Part shown: piece by piece, positions 40,201 to 52,383 of the stretch
How the letters are laid out: every line of letters begins with the position of its first letter
How positions within the stretch are numbered: position 1 is the first letter of the stretch
NCBI GenBank assembly: GCA_002633005.1
Contig: NMRA01000058.1
Span: 474,916-538,915 of the forward strand
DNA length: 64,000 nucleotides
Reading direction: 5' to 3'
Source of the DNA: Phoronis australis
Lineage: Eukaryota > Animalia > Phoronida
The notes under the pieces: model-generated
The model's database searches: none
Seen by the model: only the letters and a program-made list of their open reading frames with translations
What the model was told of the DNA's origin: nothing
Translations under genes and position numbers: made by a program

Positions 40201-41695
40201 TTTCACTTATGACACCAAAATGGAAGCGCCAACCAAAGGCAAGAGCGCAAAAATCAACTTGTAGTTAGCACAAGTCGAACATTTTGTTCACGCTCCACGA
40301 CAAAAAAAACTTATTATTTTGAACATTTGATTCGCCTAATGACTTTTTACAAGATGTTTATTTGCTTCATTATTTTAGCAGCTGACCGAGTACCCCTACT
40401 GCCTAATAGTAGTATCTCCCGATTGTTGAGCACGTGCTTTGAACAACAGCGGTGTTGCCTTTGAACTAAAAAAGAAATATACAATGTATATAAATTGTTA
40501 CACTGTCAATCATTAGCATGTGTTTGGTTGCCTAACTAAGTTCAAAGTATTCAGTAAGAAGACCTGTCAATCATTAGCAAGTGATTGGTTGCCTAAGTGT
40601 CCAGTGGGAAGCAAATCTTTACACAATCGAGTGCTTCCCTTAAAACTACAGCGAATTAGGGGAGCCTTGTTTAATCTGTCTTTATTCTCAAGAAATTTGC
40701 CCAACTGAATGCACGACTACCTGTAGGAATACTTTAGGTACGTAAACACCCAATCAAACTCAGGATCACGACGCCACTGTATCGTGTGCACAGGTGGTCG
40801 AAGACCGGTACTTCAATACACTTTAACTGATGTGCTTGAAGTCCAACGTCAGTGTAGCTCCGTCAGGGTAAAATCGGTCCTCTGTGCAGTAAGCAAAAAC
40901 TCTTTGCAAAATTTTTGACTTTAACCGTCTATGCTCGGCTTACTGCACACTCACTGCTTTTTAGATTCCCAATTTAAGTGCCCTGGGGCGGTAACAATCA
41001 TTTGCTCGTCAAAACATTTTGACATTTAATCGTTACAATTTTTTATTTACGTATAAGACTCACGTGTAGTAGCGATACTCGGTAGCACGTGTTAATAAAA
41101 CTTTACTACATTCGACTGTCTTACGACATGTGTGGAAACTGTCGTTTGCGCCGGCCGGGTGTCTGCAGTTGTAATGTCAAAATGGATACTTAGTTTGCAT
41201 ATGGTTTCAAGTAAAGGAGCTCTAATCTTGCAACTGGTAACCAAACCAAAGGGCGTGAAACCACCAAGCATCAGTATGAAACCAATAAACGAAAACTGGA
41301 ATTCCTTCCAAAATGGAAGGAAGATTTTGACTGGTTACGGTATGATAGCGACCAGAAATAAAATGTGTTGTGTCCCGTGTAAAAAATATGCCGACACAAA
41401 CAGTTTATCTCTTGAGTCTGGGTCAGATGTGTTTAGGATCGAAAAGTCACAAACGGTCGACGGCTCACTCAGCAGCTTACGAAATACATATAACTGAATT
41501 GAAAAGCCAGGGTAAACTTGTTGAAATCCAAACACTACACGTTTATTGAGCTTGTGCAGACAGGTATTAGTATGACATTCATATATGTTTGAAAAGTATT
41601 ATTCGAGTTTGATTACCTTTGGACAAGTGTCTTATAGGTCAGGACAAGTAAATTTCATTTCAGCTTGTCCGACTGGACAAGAATGTCGAGCCCTG
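37269..41695 (+). mobile_element. hAT-like element with 5-bp TSD (hAT5-type), deleted derivative
   Basis: TIR CAGGGCTCGACA / TGTCGAGCCCTG, TSD CACAT and GGACAAG subterminal repeats. A TTF-type zinc-finger remnant (W.EDFDWLRYD...MCCVPCKKY...SGSDVFRIE) lies at about 41300-41445. Confidence 0.8.
37285..39768 (+). mobile_element. Kolobok family K1, copy 3, inserted 16 bp inside the hAT left end
   Basis: TIRs AGTCCTGGTCTCA / TGAGACCAGGACT, flanked by ATAA (37281-37284) and TTAA (39769-39772). Colinear with copy 1. Confidence 0.88.
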
Positions 41696-43330
41696 CACAT
41701 CCTAGTGGAGCTGCCAAGACCTGGTTTTTCAAATCCAAAAAACAGCAAAATTGTTAAAAAGGATACTAAAGCCAGTTGATTTTACCCAATTCTCCTTTTC
41801 CCACCTAATAATAGATCATTTCTCACTAAGTTCCAATGGTCACACCTGAGATTCCTTTTGCCCACAGACATCTTTTGTAATGCCTTTTAGCATGTCCTTT
41901 TCACTCAAGCTAATGAAGCAGAAAGGTATTGCTTGCATTACTTTCTCAGGAGATGTGGTTGCCTCACTGAAATAATTGGTCTTCTCTGACATTAGTACAC
42001 AGAGTTACAGCCTGAAACATCAAAAGTATGAGTTTGATGACAATTAGATATTACAAAATGACAAAAAACGATAACTTGGGTTCACCAGGACAAGGGCTAT
42101 TTCCCAAGCAATTGTTGGTTTTAAATGATTCTTTTTTTTGTTATTTTATTTTAAATGCTCCAGTCTACTTTAATTGTTGTTTTATGCTGGGTTGCTATTT
42201 TTGGATTTTATGTTTAAACTTTAAGTGCCGAAACAAAGGCAGATTTTGATCATCAGTGAAACTTAGATTAGTCAGCTCTTGCCCAATGAACCACCTTATC
42301 TATTGCTTGGATTTTCTAATAGACTTTGAAGCTAGCCATAATCTTCACGACACGTTTCATTGATTACCAACATCAGTTTTCTGGTCAGCGTGCTACACCT
42401 CGAATAAAGTAATTTGACACGACTGGGTGATGAGCAGTCTTAAAAACTATTTACATCTAATTTGGTCACCATGTGTTGTTTCTATCAATACGCACGGTTA
42501 TTATCTTCAGTCAGTTACCGATGTTTGCAGTTTTCAGCATTACTTCATCAATATTTTAAAATAAAAAAAACATACTAAGTCACTTTTTCTAGCTGAATAC
42601 TGCCGTAAAGTTTATCTTTAATGAAAATTATAGGTCTATGCATTTTGAAAATTCACCAGTATGTACAGGCACGATTTTTTTATTACTGGCCAGGTAATTA
42701 CTCTTAGTTGGGTCTTGATTGCACTGGACCATGCGGTCATAAACACGGTCTCTAACTCAGGCGGCACGCTCTCTTTGATCCAGGTGAAAGCCACTTGGAA
42801 GGTCGATTGAGCAGTGGTGAAAATTCCCACATATCTTTAGAAATGCGTGTTTTCCGAATATTCATGGCTTATTGCCATACTGAGTGACTGAGGATTCAAC
42901 TAAAAACTCAGTTAGGATGTTGTGGTACTTGGTGGGTGGTCTTTCCCTACACTACACTCTACAGTTTCTGTGCAGTGCTGTAGTGGTAAAATTAGAGATA
43001 AGTAGGCGCCAAAAGCCTACCGTTATCGCCTTGAGCACTGAATGTAACTTAAGGTGCGTAGGCGCTACAATCAAATGCCAAAAGGTGGTTGGCTGCGCCT
43101 ACGTGCATCTACGTCCCACTACACCGTTTCTGTGTAACTCACCAAAAGCATGTCACGCTTGCCATTTAGGAGACCTTCTAATGGATTTTCAAATTTGCTA
43201 GAAATATTTGAGGGTAGTGGAGTGTTAGAAAGCATTTTTTTCGTTTCAGTGGACCAGGTGATAGACACCGGTGACCTAAAGTCGTGAATATAAGCATAAA
43301 AAGCAGCTGATTGTCATGCTCACCCAATGT

Positions 43331-45087
43331 CATGTCATGAACACATCCATTACCACAAAAAACTGTAGGAACACAGCATTTATCCACCTTCACTCTTATC
43401 AGGCTTCTATTGTGAGTCAGCATGACTGATAACCCACATATGGAACTACTTTTGGCTGAATGGATGTCCAGGCCATAAAATGATAATTAGCCAAGACCAG
43501 TTAACTAATGCAACAAAGAATAATGTCCCAGCATCATCTAGCCTTGGTGGAAAGCTGTATACTGTATTGGCTCTAATAAACGCTTAGAAAAATTCATTTC
43601 ACGGGGAGGGGACGCTTATTATAGCCTAAAGCAGTTGAAACCCGCCGGGTTTCCGAAACGGGTAAAATCGGAAGCTACGATTCATCAAATTTACACTTTG
43701 TGACGTATTTGTAGCCTATGAGTCTTTCTACAAAATTGTGGTGCATTGCTATCAAACTCCGTTGTTAAATTACGATCATTTTCAAAAAATTGTGCTGAAA
43801 TCCCACGGCGAAAACTTGCTGACTGATACGTCGCGGAATCGCGACCGTCAATAGGGAAAATTGAATTCTTGAATAAAAATGTAGTTTCGACTTAACGAAC
43901 TACCTGAAATCTTCCTTAGCCTATGTTTTACAATTTTTAAAGTTCACGTGGAGTCCAGATTAATTGCGATTAAGTCCAAATCTGCGCTACATCGTACCCC
44001 ACAACACGAGAAAAATCTCTGGATGAACACACGTTGTTGTCACGTGGCGTTTGTTTTGAAGTTCGTCTGCTTATGAGAGTAAGTGCGTGTGCGGGTCATC
44101 GACGACAGACTTTTTGTTACATAAGGCAGAGGATTACGCAAGAAAACGGCGTTTACTAGATTTAATTGTTTTTCACTTAAACGGCTGCAACGTGCAAGGT
44201 GAGTGCAGCTGGTTAACTCACAGATTTTGTGTGTACAGGCCGACGGTCGTTAGCTCTACCGTGGCGTAAAACATTTGTAGTCCTAGGCTCGATCTACATG
44301 TTGGGGACGAGGTGACGAGGTGAACTACCCGGGCAGTGTGAAATTTCGATCTGGGTCTAACAGAGACACTGACGCAGTGGTCAGCCAGCTTGCTTTATCA
44401 AGTGTAATTATAGTCAAAATCCAAATTCGTTTTATCGTATCCCTGTCAATAATAACGGCATGCTAAAGTTTCTTAATGTTTGTACTTCAGGAACATAACA
44501 TCACGTGTTTTGTACACATAAGCGCACGCCGCAGATCACATCTCGGAAATTTCCGATTTGACGGATGACAATGAATGAGCACAATGAAATTAAACAGCGT
44601 CGTTTTACAGCTTCTAAGATTCATAAGAAACGTATTTTGAATATTGCAATGCATGTGTTCCAAAATCTAAATAACTCGAGTCCTATATTTTTGTATTCGT
44701 GCGTGCCGAATGAAAGTAATTGTGAGTGTTGCTGTGTTGCAAAATCTCTTATCGTGGGTCGATTTGAAAAATTCAAAAGTTTTACTCATGTTTGTTTTCG
44801 CCCCTTTTTTCAAATATTACAGTAAAAACTACGTAAAACTCTCCACAAAAAGTACAGTCTGCTAAGCAAGATTGAAATCAGCTGATCATATCCGCATGAG
44901 CGAAGCCAAATATCCTCGCTCGTGACTCGATGAATAGAGCAGCTAAGCGGGATCCCTTTGATCATGAGCCGAGCGTGACTCAGCCAAGGTGGATAAATTC
45001 GATCTAGTTCAATCTGCCAAACCCCACTGTTTACCCTGATAGGTGGGGTTTGAGCCAATCTTATTTATTGGCAATGTTTATAGTATG
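43331..45087 (-). mobile_element. Family A element, full-length inverted copy
   Basis: Termini CATGTCATGAACA / TGTTTATAGTATG with 2-bp TSD GT. Confidence 0.87.
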
Positions 45088-45932
45088 GTCCATTGGCAAC
45101 TGCTCATGTGATGTCATGGGCATATATCAGCCTTCACAAATATATGTATTTTGCCAATCTTAACCGTTGTTTGTAAGCAGAGTTTCGAAACGGTCGCCGA
45201 TTTCGGCAGCCATTTTGAATGAGGCCCTAAAGTTGTGACCGTTCCGTTTAGACAGAAATGCACGAAGTAAGACCACACAAATCAACAACAGTGCTTACGG
45301 TTACTCTAGACAACATAAAAACACATTGCAGTGTTTATCAATTCAGTTTAAATTAGTATGTGTTTTGCACCCAACTCCGATGTGCACAGACGTTTTCAAT
45401 GAGGATGCTTACGTCAAACGCGAAGAACCCAGAATCAAATTATCTCTCTGTATTTTATTGCTTTAGCTTTAGGGGTAGTTCGGGAAAACTCGGACGGCAG
45501 TAAAATTCAGACAAATCTAAATAAACGTCAAATATATTAACAATCGAGATGCCTTACCACTAAATGAACAATAGTAGGAATTTATTTATCACCTCACTTG
45601 AATTGCAACAAAGTTTCAACAGATATGAGGCATGTTCAGCACCTTATGTCGCTCTGCCGTCTGCATCGTGTGGTGATTTCGAAAGTCTGAGGTAGGTACA
45701 CTGTCTTTTCCAAGTTTTATTTAGGTCACTTGGTCACTTGTCGTGTAAATGAACTTGAATTTGCTTGATGCATAATTCATCACTATGCAGTTTTATGTGT
45801 TAATTCCAATAGAAAAACTTACAAAAAAGCATGTCGATTTAATAAAAAAATGGTGTCAGTCCGAATTTGGAAGGGCACTCCAACTTTTTGTATGCTGCGG
45901 GGAAATTCAGACACCCGTGTTTTTAGGCTACT

Positions 45933-47270
45933 CAGGGCTCGACGCTATTAAAATCGCCAGGTCGCATTTTGCGACCTAGCCAAAATCCCAGGTCGCATTT
46001 TCAAAATCCCGCTCGCATTCGTAAATGCCAGGTCGCAAAATTTTCCCGCCATTTTAACGCGCCAAAATAGATTTTTTTAGATCATCGAGAAAATGTTTAG
46101 ATTATGCTCTTACCTGCAGCGTTAAATGCTCACAAATTTCGGATCTCAAAATTGACTTCATTCATGCAGGTACGGCCTTACTGTTCTTCACGACTGCCAT
46201 TGAAAGTCTAGAGCGCAAGCCAAGTTGCCGGCGTGAAAGTTGAATCAGTGCTCTCTAACTGACTTGTGCATTCGAGTAGCTAAATTTGCGAAGTGAAAAG
46301 GGAGAAAATGCCCGTTGAAAAAAGTATCTGGGATTTTTTTAGATCTGGTCTGCTACTGGCCGTCATCAAAGTCGTTAACGATTCAAACNNNNNNNNNNNN
46401 NNNNNNNNNNNNNNNNNNNNNNNNNNNNNNNNNNNNNNNNNNNNNNNNNNNNNNNNNNNNNNNNNNNNNNNNNNNNNNNNNNNNNNNNNNNNNNNNNNNN
46501 NNNNNNNNNNNNNNNNNNNNNNNNNNNNNNNNNNNNNNNNNNNNNNNNNNNNNNNNNNNNNNNNNNNNNNNNNNNNNNNNNNNNNNNNNNNNNNNNNNNN
46601 NNNNNNNNNNNNNNNNNNNNNNNNNNNNNNNNNNNNNNNNNNNNNNNNNNNNNNNNNNNNNNNNNNNNNNNNNNNNNNNNNNNNNNNNNNNNNNNNNNNN
46701 NNNNNNNNNNNNNNNNNNNNNNNNNNNNNNNNNNNNNNNNNNNNNNNNNNNNNNNNNNNNNNNNNNNNNNNNNNNNNNNNNNNNNNNNNNNNNNNNNNNN
46801 NNNNNNNNNNNNNNNNNNNNNNNNNNNNNNNNNNNNNNNNNNNNNNNNNNNNNNNNNNNNNNNNNNNNNNNNNNNNNNNNNNNNNNNNNNNNNNNNNNNN
46901 NNNNNNNNNNNNNNNNNNNNNNNNNNNNNNNNNNNNNNNNNNNNNNNNNNNNNNNNNNNNNNNNNNNNNNNNNNNNNNNNNNNNNNNNNNNNNNNNNNNN
47001 NNNNNNNNNNNNNNNNNNNNNNNNNNNNNNNNNNNNNNNNGGTTAGTGTTCTTTTGAACTTGTATTTGGCAACAACCAAATAACGGTCGGATTAACAAGA
47101 GCTGCTTTGTATTTGCCAGGTATCTGTTGAGAAGTGTAAAAACTCAGCTCGCATTCGTTGGAAATTCCAGGTCGCATTTTGCGACTTTATACGAGCTGAC
47201 AAAAATCTCAGCTCGCATTTCCAAATTTCAGGTCGCAAATGCGACCTGCAGCTCGTTATGTCGAGCCCTG
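45933..47270 (+). mobile_element. hAT5-type non-autonomous element, family h2, copy 1 (spans the gap)
   Basis: TIR CAGGGCTCGAC / GTCGAGCCCTG, TSD CTACT on both sides, and GGTCGCA subterminal repeats. Confidence 0.88.
46389..47040. other. Assembly gap (652 N)
   Basis: Run of N. Confidence 0.99.
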
Positions 47271-47978
47271 CTACTTGACACTTTTCTTGACGTTTTCTTG
47301 TGAGATTTTCGTAATCACGTGATGACCTACTGTTTTAAGAGGTCAATACAAAACTTAATTTGTCAACAACAATGGCGCTGTTTACCATGTGGGCTGCACA
47401 CAAATTGGTAAGGAGGGCGGACGTACTTTTATGCTGTTTATGTGGCTAGGACATGATGACTTCTTAAATTTTATTATTTGTCTAAATTCATTTTTGAAAT
47501 CATAAAGTACTGTTATTTTGTCAGAGTTTTACCTATTCAAAATTTGCTGGTCCGAATTTCCCCCGACACTCTGTCCGACTTTCCCACCTGCGTCCGAATT
47601 TCCCCGATTTTGACCATTATTATTATTCTTAAAATTCGAAGGCATTGGAAGTGAACTAGTAACAAAGAATCTCATTGGTTGGTTTTTCAAATGACTTGCG
47701 GAGATCCCATTACTACTCTAATGTTATTAGCTTACACATAGACCTTCAGTACGGTAGTAGGCAAGCAAGTCAAGCCTAGGTTTTGTCCGAATTTACTCGA
47801 ACTTCCCCTACAAAACTTGACCGACCCAGGGACATTTTGATACACTGTTCAAACTACCCCTGGAGCGCATGTTTGAGCAAATCTGAACAGTGTATATTTT
47901 CAAAAATATTTTCTGAAAATGCACAAAACCTGGATTGGTGAAATATGCTGATTTAAGATACATTTGAAAAAAAGAAGC

Positions 47979-50900
47979 TACTGACGGCATTTTTTCTTTC
48001 ACGGTGCAAATTTAGATTTTTTTATGTTATGCAATCATATTGACAAAATTCCTTCACCTTTGGCAGATATTGTATGATGATCTTGTTTTAGCACTGGTAC
48101 TTATGACATTTACGCATTGTAAAGTATGAAAAAATGTTAATTATGGCCAGAGTAATCATTGATATAGCTGAAAATAGCCAGAAATCCACCATTATATTGT
48201 TTCACTGAAACATTGCAGGTTTTTAATACACATGGCATTTAATTAAATCGCACATGTAATTGAAATTTAATGTTTTTTATAATCCTAACATGTATTTCTT
48301 GTTTTTCTTCAGGAAATTGCAGGGATCTGAAAAGTCAAACACAATTTTCAGGCACAATTGAAAAATGATGTCAATGTTATGCAAAACACATAAATTTGCA
48401 TATGCTCCTCTTACAGCCATGTCTGAAGAAGAAAAGCATTACTACTGTTTTGAACTGTGTTTTTTAATGGTTTATGGTATATAGAATTTGATTTAGAAAC
48501 CACATATTTGTACTAGATGTCCTAGTGATTGGATTCCTCGACCAAATAATATCACAGTCACCTAAGAAAAACTGTATTCTCCGTAACCCTGCCTGAATTC
48601 CATTAAATTCTTCCATAAATAAAAGATATTTGATACTGCACATTGAGAATCTTGAAGCTATTTTTGGCCCACAAAAAATATTAGACCAAGACCTGGATTT
48701 GAATTGGTCATGAGCAAAAATGTCTTTCGTATTCTCCGTAGCCCCTGTATTCTCCGTAGCCCCCAACTTTGAATTGTTAGTACATGGTTTGAAAAAACTT
48801 GTATCTAGGAGCATGTACTGAAGAAATAGAAACAAATAAACACTCCAAGACAAGAAAAATTAAAAGAAAAATTACTTATGGGCGGGATTTGAGGCAACTT
48901 TAGCTAAAATTACTTTTTCAATTTAAACTCGTTATTAATAAAACATGAATGTTCTTTGGTCATTCAGAAGTGTTGGTATTAACAAGTAAATGAATTATAT
49001 TGCATTGCTCAAGTGTTCATCCACTTATGAACAGGTATCTGCATATTTCGTATTCTCCGTAGCCCCCCTCCATGACCTCTGTGTTATGTGAGATTTATGC
49101 ATTCAATGTTTCCTGGTGATGAAAAGTGCTTTCCTGTATTTCTTTGAGGGTAGTTGATGGAAATAGGCACCCCATTCATGCTATGAACAGTCCCACTAAA
49201 TACGATTGGTTCTAACCCCAGTGGTTAAGGTAAACGGTGGGGTATGGAAAATTGAACTAGACCGTATTTATCCACCTTGGCTGAGTCGTGCTCGGCTCAC
49301 GATCAAAGGGATGCCGCCAAGCTGCTCTAGTCATCGAGTCACGAGCGAGGATAATTGGCTTCGCTCATGCGGACATGATCAGCTGATTACAATCTAGCTA
49401 GCAGACTGCACGGAGCGAAAACAAATATCAGTACAACTTTGAATTTTTCAAATCGGCCCAGGATAAGAGATTTTGAAACACAGCAACACTCACGATTACT
49501 TTCATTCGGCGCGCACTAATGCAAAAATTTAGGACCCAAGTTATTTAGATTTTGGAACACATGCATTGCAATATTCAAAATACGTTTATTATGAATCTTA
49601 CAAGCTGTAAAACAATGTTGTTAATTTTATTGTGTTCATTCATTGTCATCCGTCAAATCGGCAATTTCCGAGATGTGATCTGCGGCGTGCGCGTATGTGT
49701 ACAAAACACGTGATTGTTATGTTCCTGAAGTACGAAAATTAAGAAGGCTTTAACATGCCGTTATAATTGACAGGGACACGATAAAACGAATTTGGATTTT
49801 GACTATAGTCTTGATACAGCGATCTGACTGACCACTGCGTCAGTGTCTCCGTTAGACCCAGAAATTTCACACAGCCCGGGTAGTTCATTTCGTACCCAAC
49901 ATGTAGATCGAGCCTTGGACTATTAATACTCCACGGCAGAGCTAACGACAGTCGGCCTGTGCACACAAAATCTGTGAGTTAACTAGCACTCACCTTGCAC
50001 GTTACAGCCGTTTAAGTGAAAAACAATCTAGTAAACGCCATTTTCTTGCATAATCCTCCGCCTTTTGTAACAAAAAAGTCTATCGTCGATGACCCGCACA
50101 CGCACGCTCACTCACTCTCATACACAGACGACCTTCAAAACAAACGTCACGTGACAACAACATGTGTGTTCATCCAGAGATTTTTCTCTTGTTGTGGAGT
50201 ACGATGTAGCGCACATTTGGACTTAATCGCAATTAATCTGGACTCCACATGAACTTTAAAAATTGTAAAACATCAGGAAGATTTCAGGTAATTTGTTGAG
50301 TCGAAACTATATTTTTATTCAAGAGTACAAGTTTTCCTATTGACGATGGCGATTCAGCGGCGACGCATCAGTCGGCAAGTTTTCGCCCTGTGATGAGCAC
50401 AATTTTTTGAAAAATTATCGTAATTTAACAACGGAAGTTCATAGCAATGCACCACAATTTTGTAGAAAGACTGTCATAGGCTAAAAATTCGTCACAAAGC
50501 GTAAATTTTATGAATCCTAGCTTCCGATTTTACCCGTTTGGGAAACCGGCTTTCAACTGCCGTAGGCTACAATAAGAATCCCCTCCCCGTGAAATGATTT
50601 TTTCTAAGCGTTTATTAGAGCCAATACAGTATACAGCTTTCCACCAAGGCTAGGTGATACTACGACATTATTCTTTGTTGCATTAGTAACTGGTCTTGGC
50701 TAATATTATCATTTTATGGCCTGGTCATCCATTCAGCCAAAAGTAGTTCCAGAGGTGGCTTATCAGCCAATTATTCACGCATGCTGACTCACAATAGAAG
50801 CCTGATAAGAGTGAAGGTGGATAAATGCGGTGTTCCTACAGTTTCTTGTTTTAGTGGATGTGTTCACGACATGTTGATGGTGAGGTGACTCTGATGACAG

Positions 50901-52383
50901 TTAAGAGCTGAGTATGTCCTAGGATAAAATTTTATTTTCTATTATGTTATATTTTTGTATTTGCACAAGTGTGAAGAAAATTGAGACAGTATTATCTCCC
51001 TTTTTCTAAACACAACTGTTTTTCGTAATTCAGAAGTAGTAGTATTGACAAGTAAATGAATTCTTTTGCATTGCTCCAGTATTTTTCTTCCCACGAATAG
51101 TTACCTTCGCATTTTGTATTCTCCGTAGCCCCCCACTGACCTCTGTGACATGTGAGATTTATTTGTGCAAACAATGTTCACTGATAATGAAAAGTGTTTT
51201 CTTGTACTTCTTTGATGGTAGTTTATGAAATTAGGCATTCCTTTTGACCGTAATGTGACTCTGATGATAGTTAAGTGCCAAGTATGTCTAAGGATTAAGT
51301 ACAATTGCTATGTTTTATTTGTATACTCACACCTTGTGAAGCATACACAGGTGTGAACCTAGTTTTTTTATATTGATGTTCAGTTATCAAGTACATGAGT
51401 TACCAGAGTAACAAACTTTCATGTTCCTAAGCCAGATTTAAGCCTTTTCCAACATGGATGTAACGATACCAATGATGAATTCTCCGTAGCCCACATTTTT
51501 TATTTTTCTTATATCAACAGGCCAAATCTTAAAAACTAAATCAGGATACTTCACTAAAATTTAACCCGATATTCCCTGTGTCATGTTGAATCCAAAGCTG
51601 AAATTAAAACTTAATAAAATGCCATTTCTGAAACAAAAGTGGGTATGAATTTAATCCCTACCATGTTTCCTCCGTATTTTATCATCGAATTTCGGTTCGC
51701 ACTATTTCCCGGTTGACACCGCCATGTTAGCTCAACTTATGATTACAGCGACACCTGTTGTTAATGAATGTAACGGCTTCATTGATTTTGAATGGTGTTT
51801 GCCTGCACGAGATTCCCACTAAAGTTTTCCTGACATGATATGAAGGAACAAGTAGCAGCATTTCACCTGTTCCAATTTTTTATAATTGTGACCATTTGAC
51901 CATTTTTCCACGAAATTGTTTGAAGTGCATACCATTTTCACAAATATGGACCTCCAAAACAACTTCCGCTTTTTTCGCGGTTTCGTGCTAAAAGATGCGT
52001 ACCAGGGTCACTGTAGGATCAAATTCAAACCCTTGGCACCATAACTCGGGCGGGGGATAAACGAGTCTCGGTCAATTTGACCAGATGAAAAGTGACGATC
52101 TATAGAAGTCGGTAGATTAGTTAAGTTTTTGAGTTTTGAGTACCAGGTAACTCCTTCCATTCAACATGGCAGTATTACTAATGCGCACCGGGAAATAGTG
52201 CGAGCAGAAATTTCCCGATAAAATATTAAAAGAATGGGGTAGGAAAAATTGCTAAGTATTTTTGGAAATATAACTTTGCAAGGAATCAAACGATACCAAA
52301 ATCATATGTGTAAGTCAATATCGTCATATTGTAAACAATTACCCACAAAAGTGTGCACCCTCAGGGAAAAAATGCCGTCACTG
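47979..52383. mobile_element. TIR element with repeated TATTCTCCGTAGCCCC motifs (possibly Tc1/mariner-like)
   Basis: Imperfect TIR tactgacggcatttttt..ggtgca / tgcacc..aaaaaatgccgtcactg. Motif near 48730, 48748, 49050, 51117 and 51480. One copy of an internal duplication is split by family A. Confidence 0.55.
49177..50873 (+). mobile_element. Family A element, full-length copy (about 1.7 kb)
   Basis: TIR CATGCTATGAACA / TGTTCACGACATG and 2-bp TSD TT. A paralogous empty site is seen at about 51230-51300. Confidence 0.88.

Larger units (their letters stand above)
35245..42490. mobile_element. Foldback family F, copy 2: long imperfect inverted arms bracketing nested insertions
   Basis: Inverted matches 35260-35440 vs 42290-42470, 36090-36220 vs 42090-42215 and 37060-37180 vs 41840-41945. 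Confidence 0.55.
45472..47808. mobile_element. TA-flanked TIR element (MITE-like) hosting a hAT insertion
   Basis: ta|GGGGTAGTTCGGGAAAACTCGGAC ... GTCCGAATTTACTCGAACTTCCCC|ta. Internal GTCCGAATTTCCC repeats at about 47550-47605. Confidence 0.7.

Noticed and set aside
46280-47098. Long ORFs in the track
   Set aside because: Artefacts of the N run.
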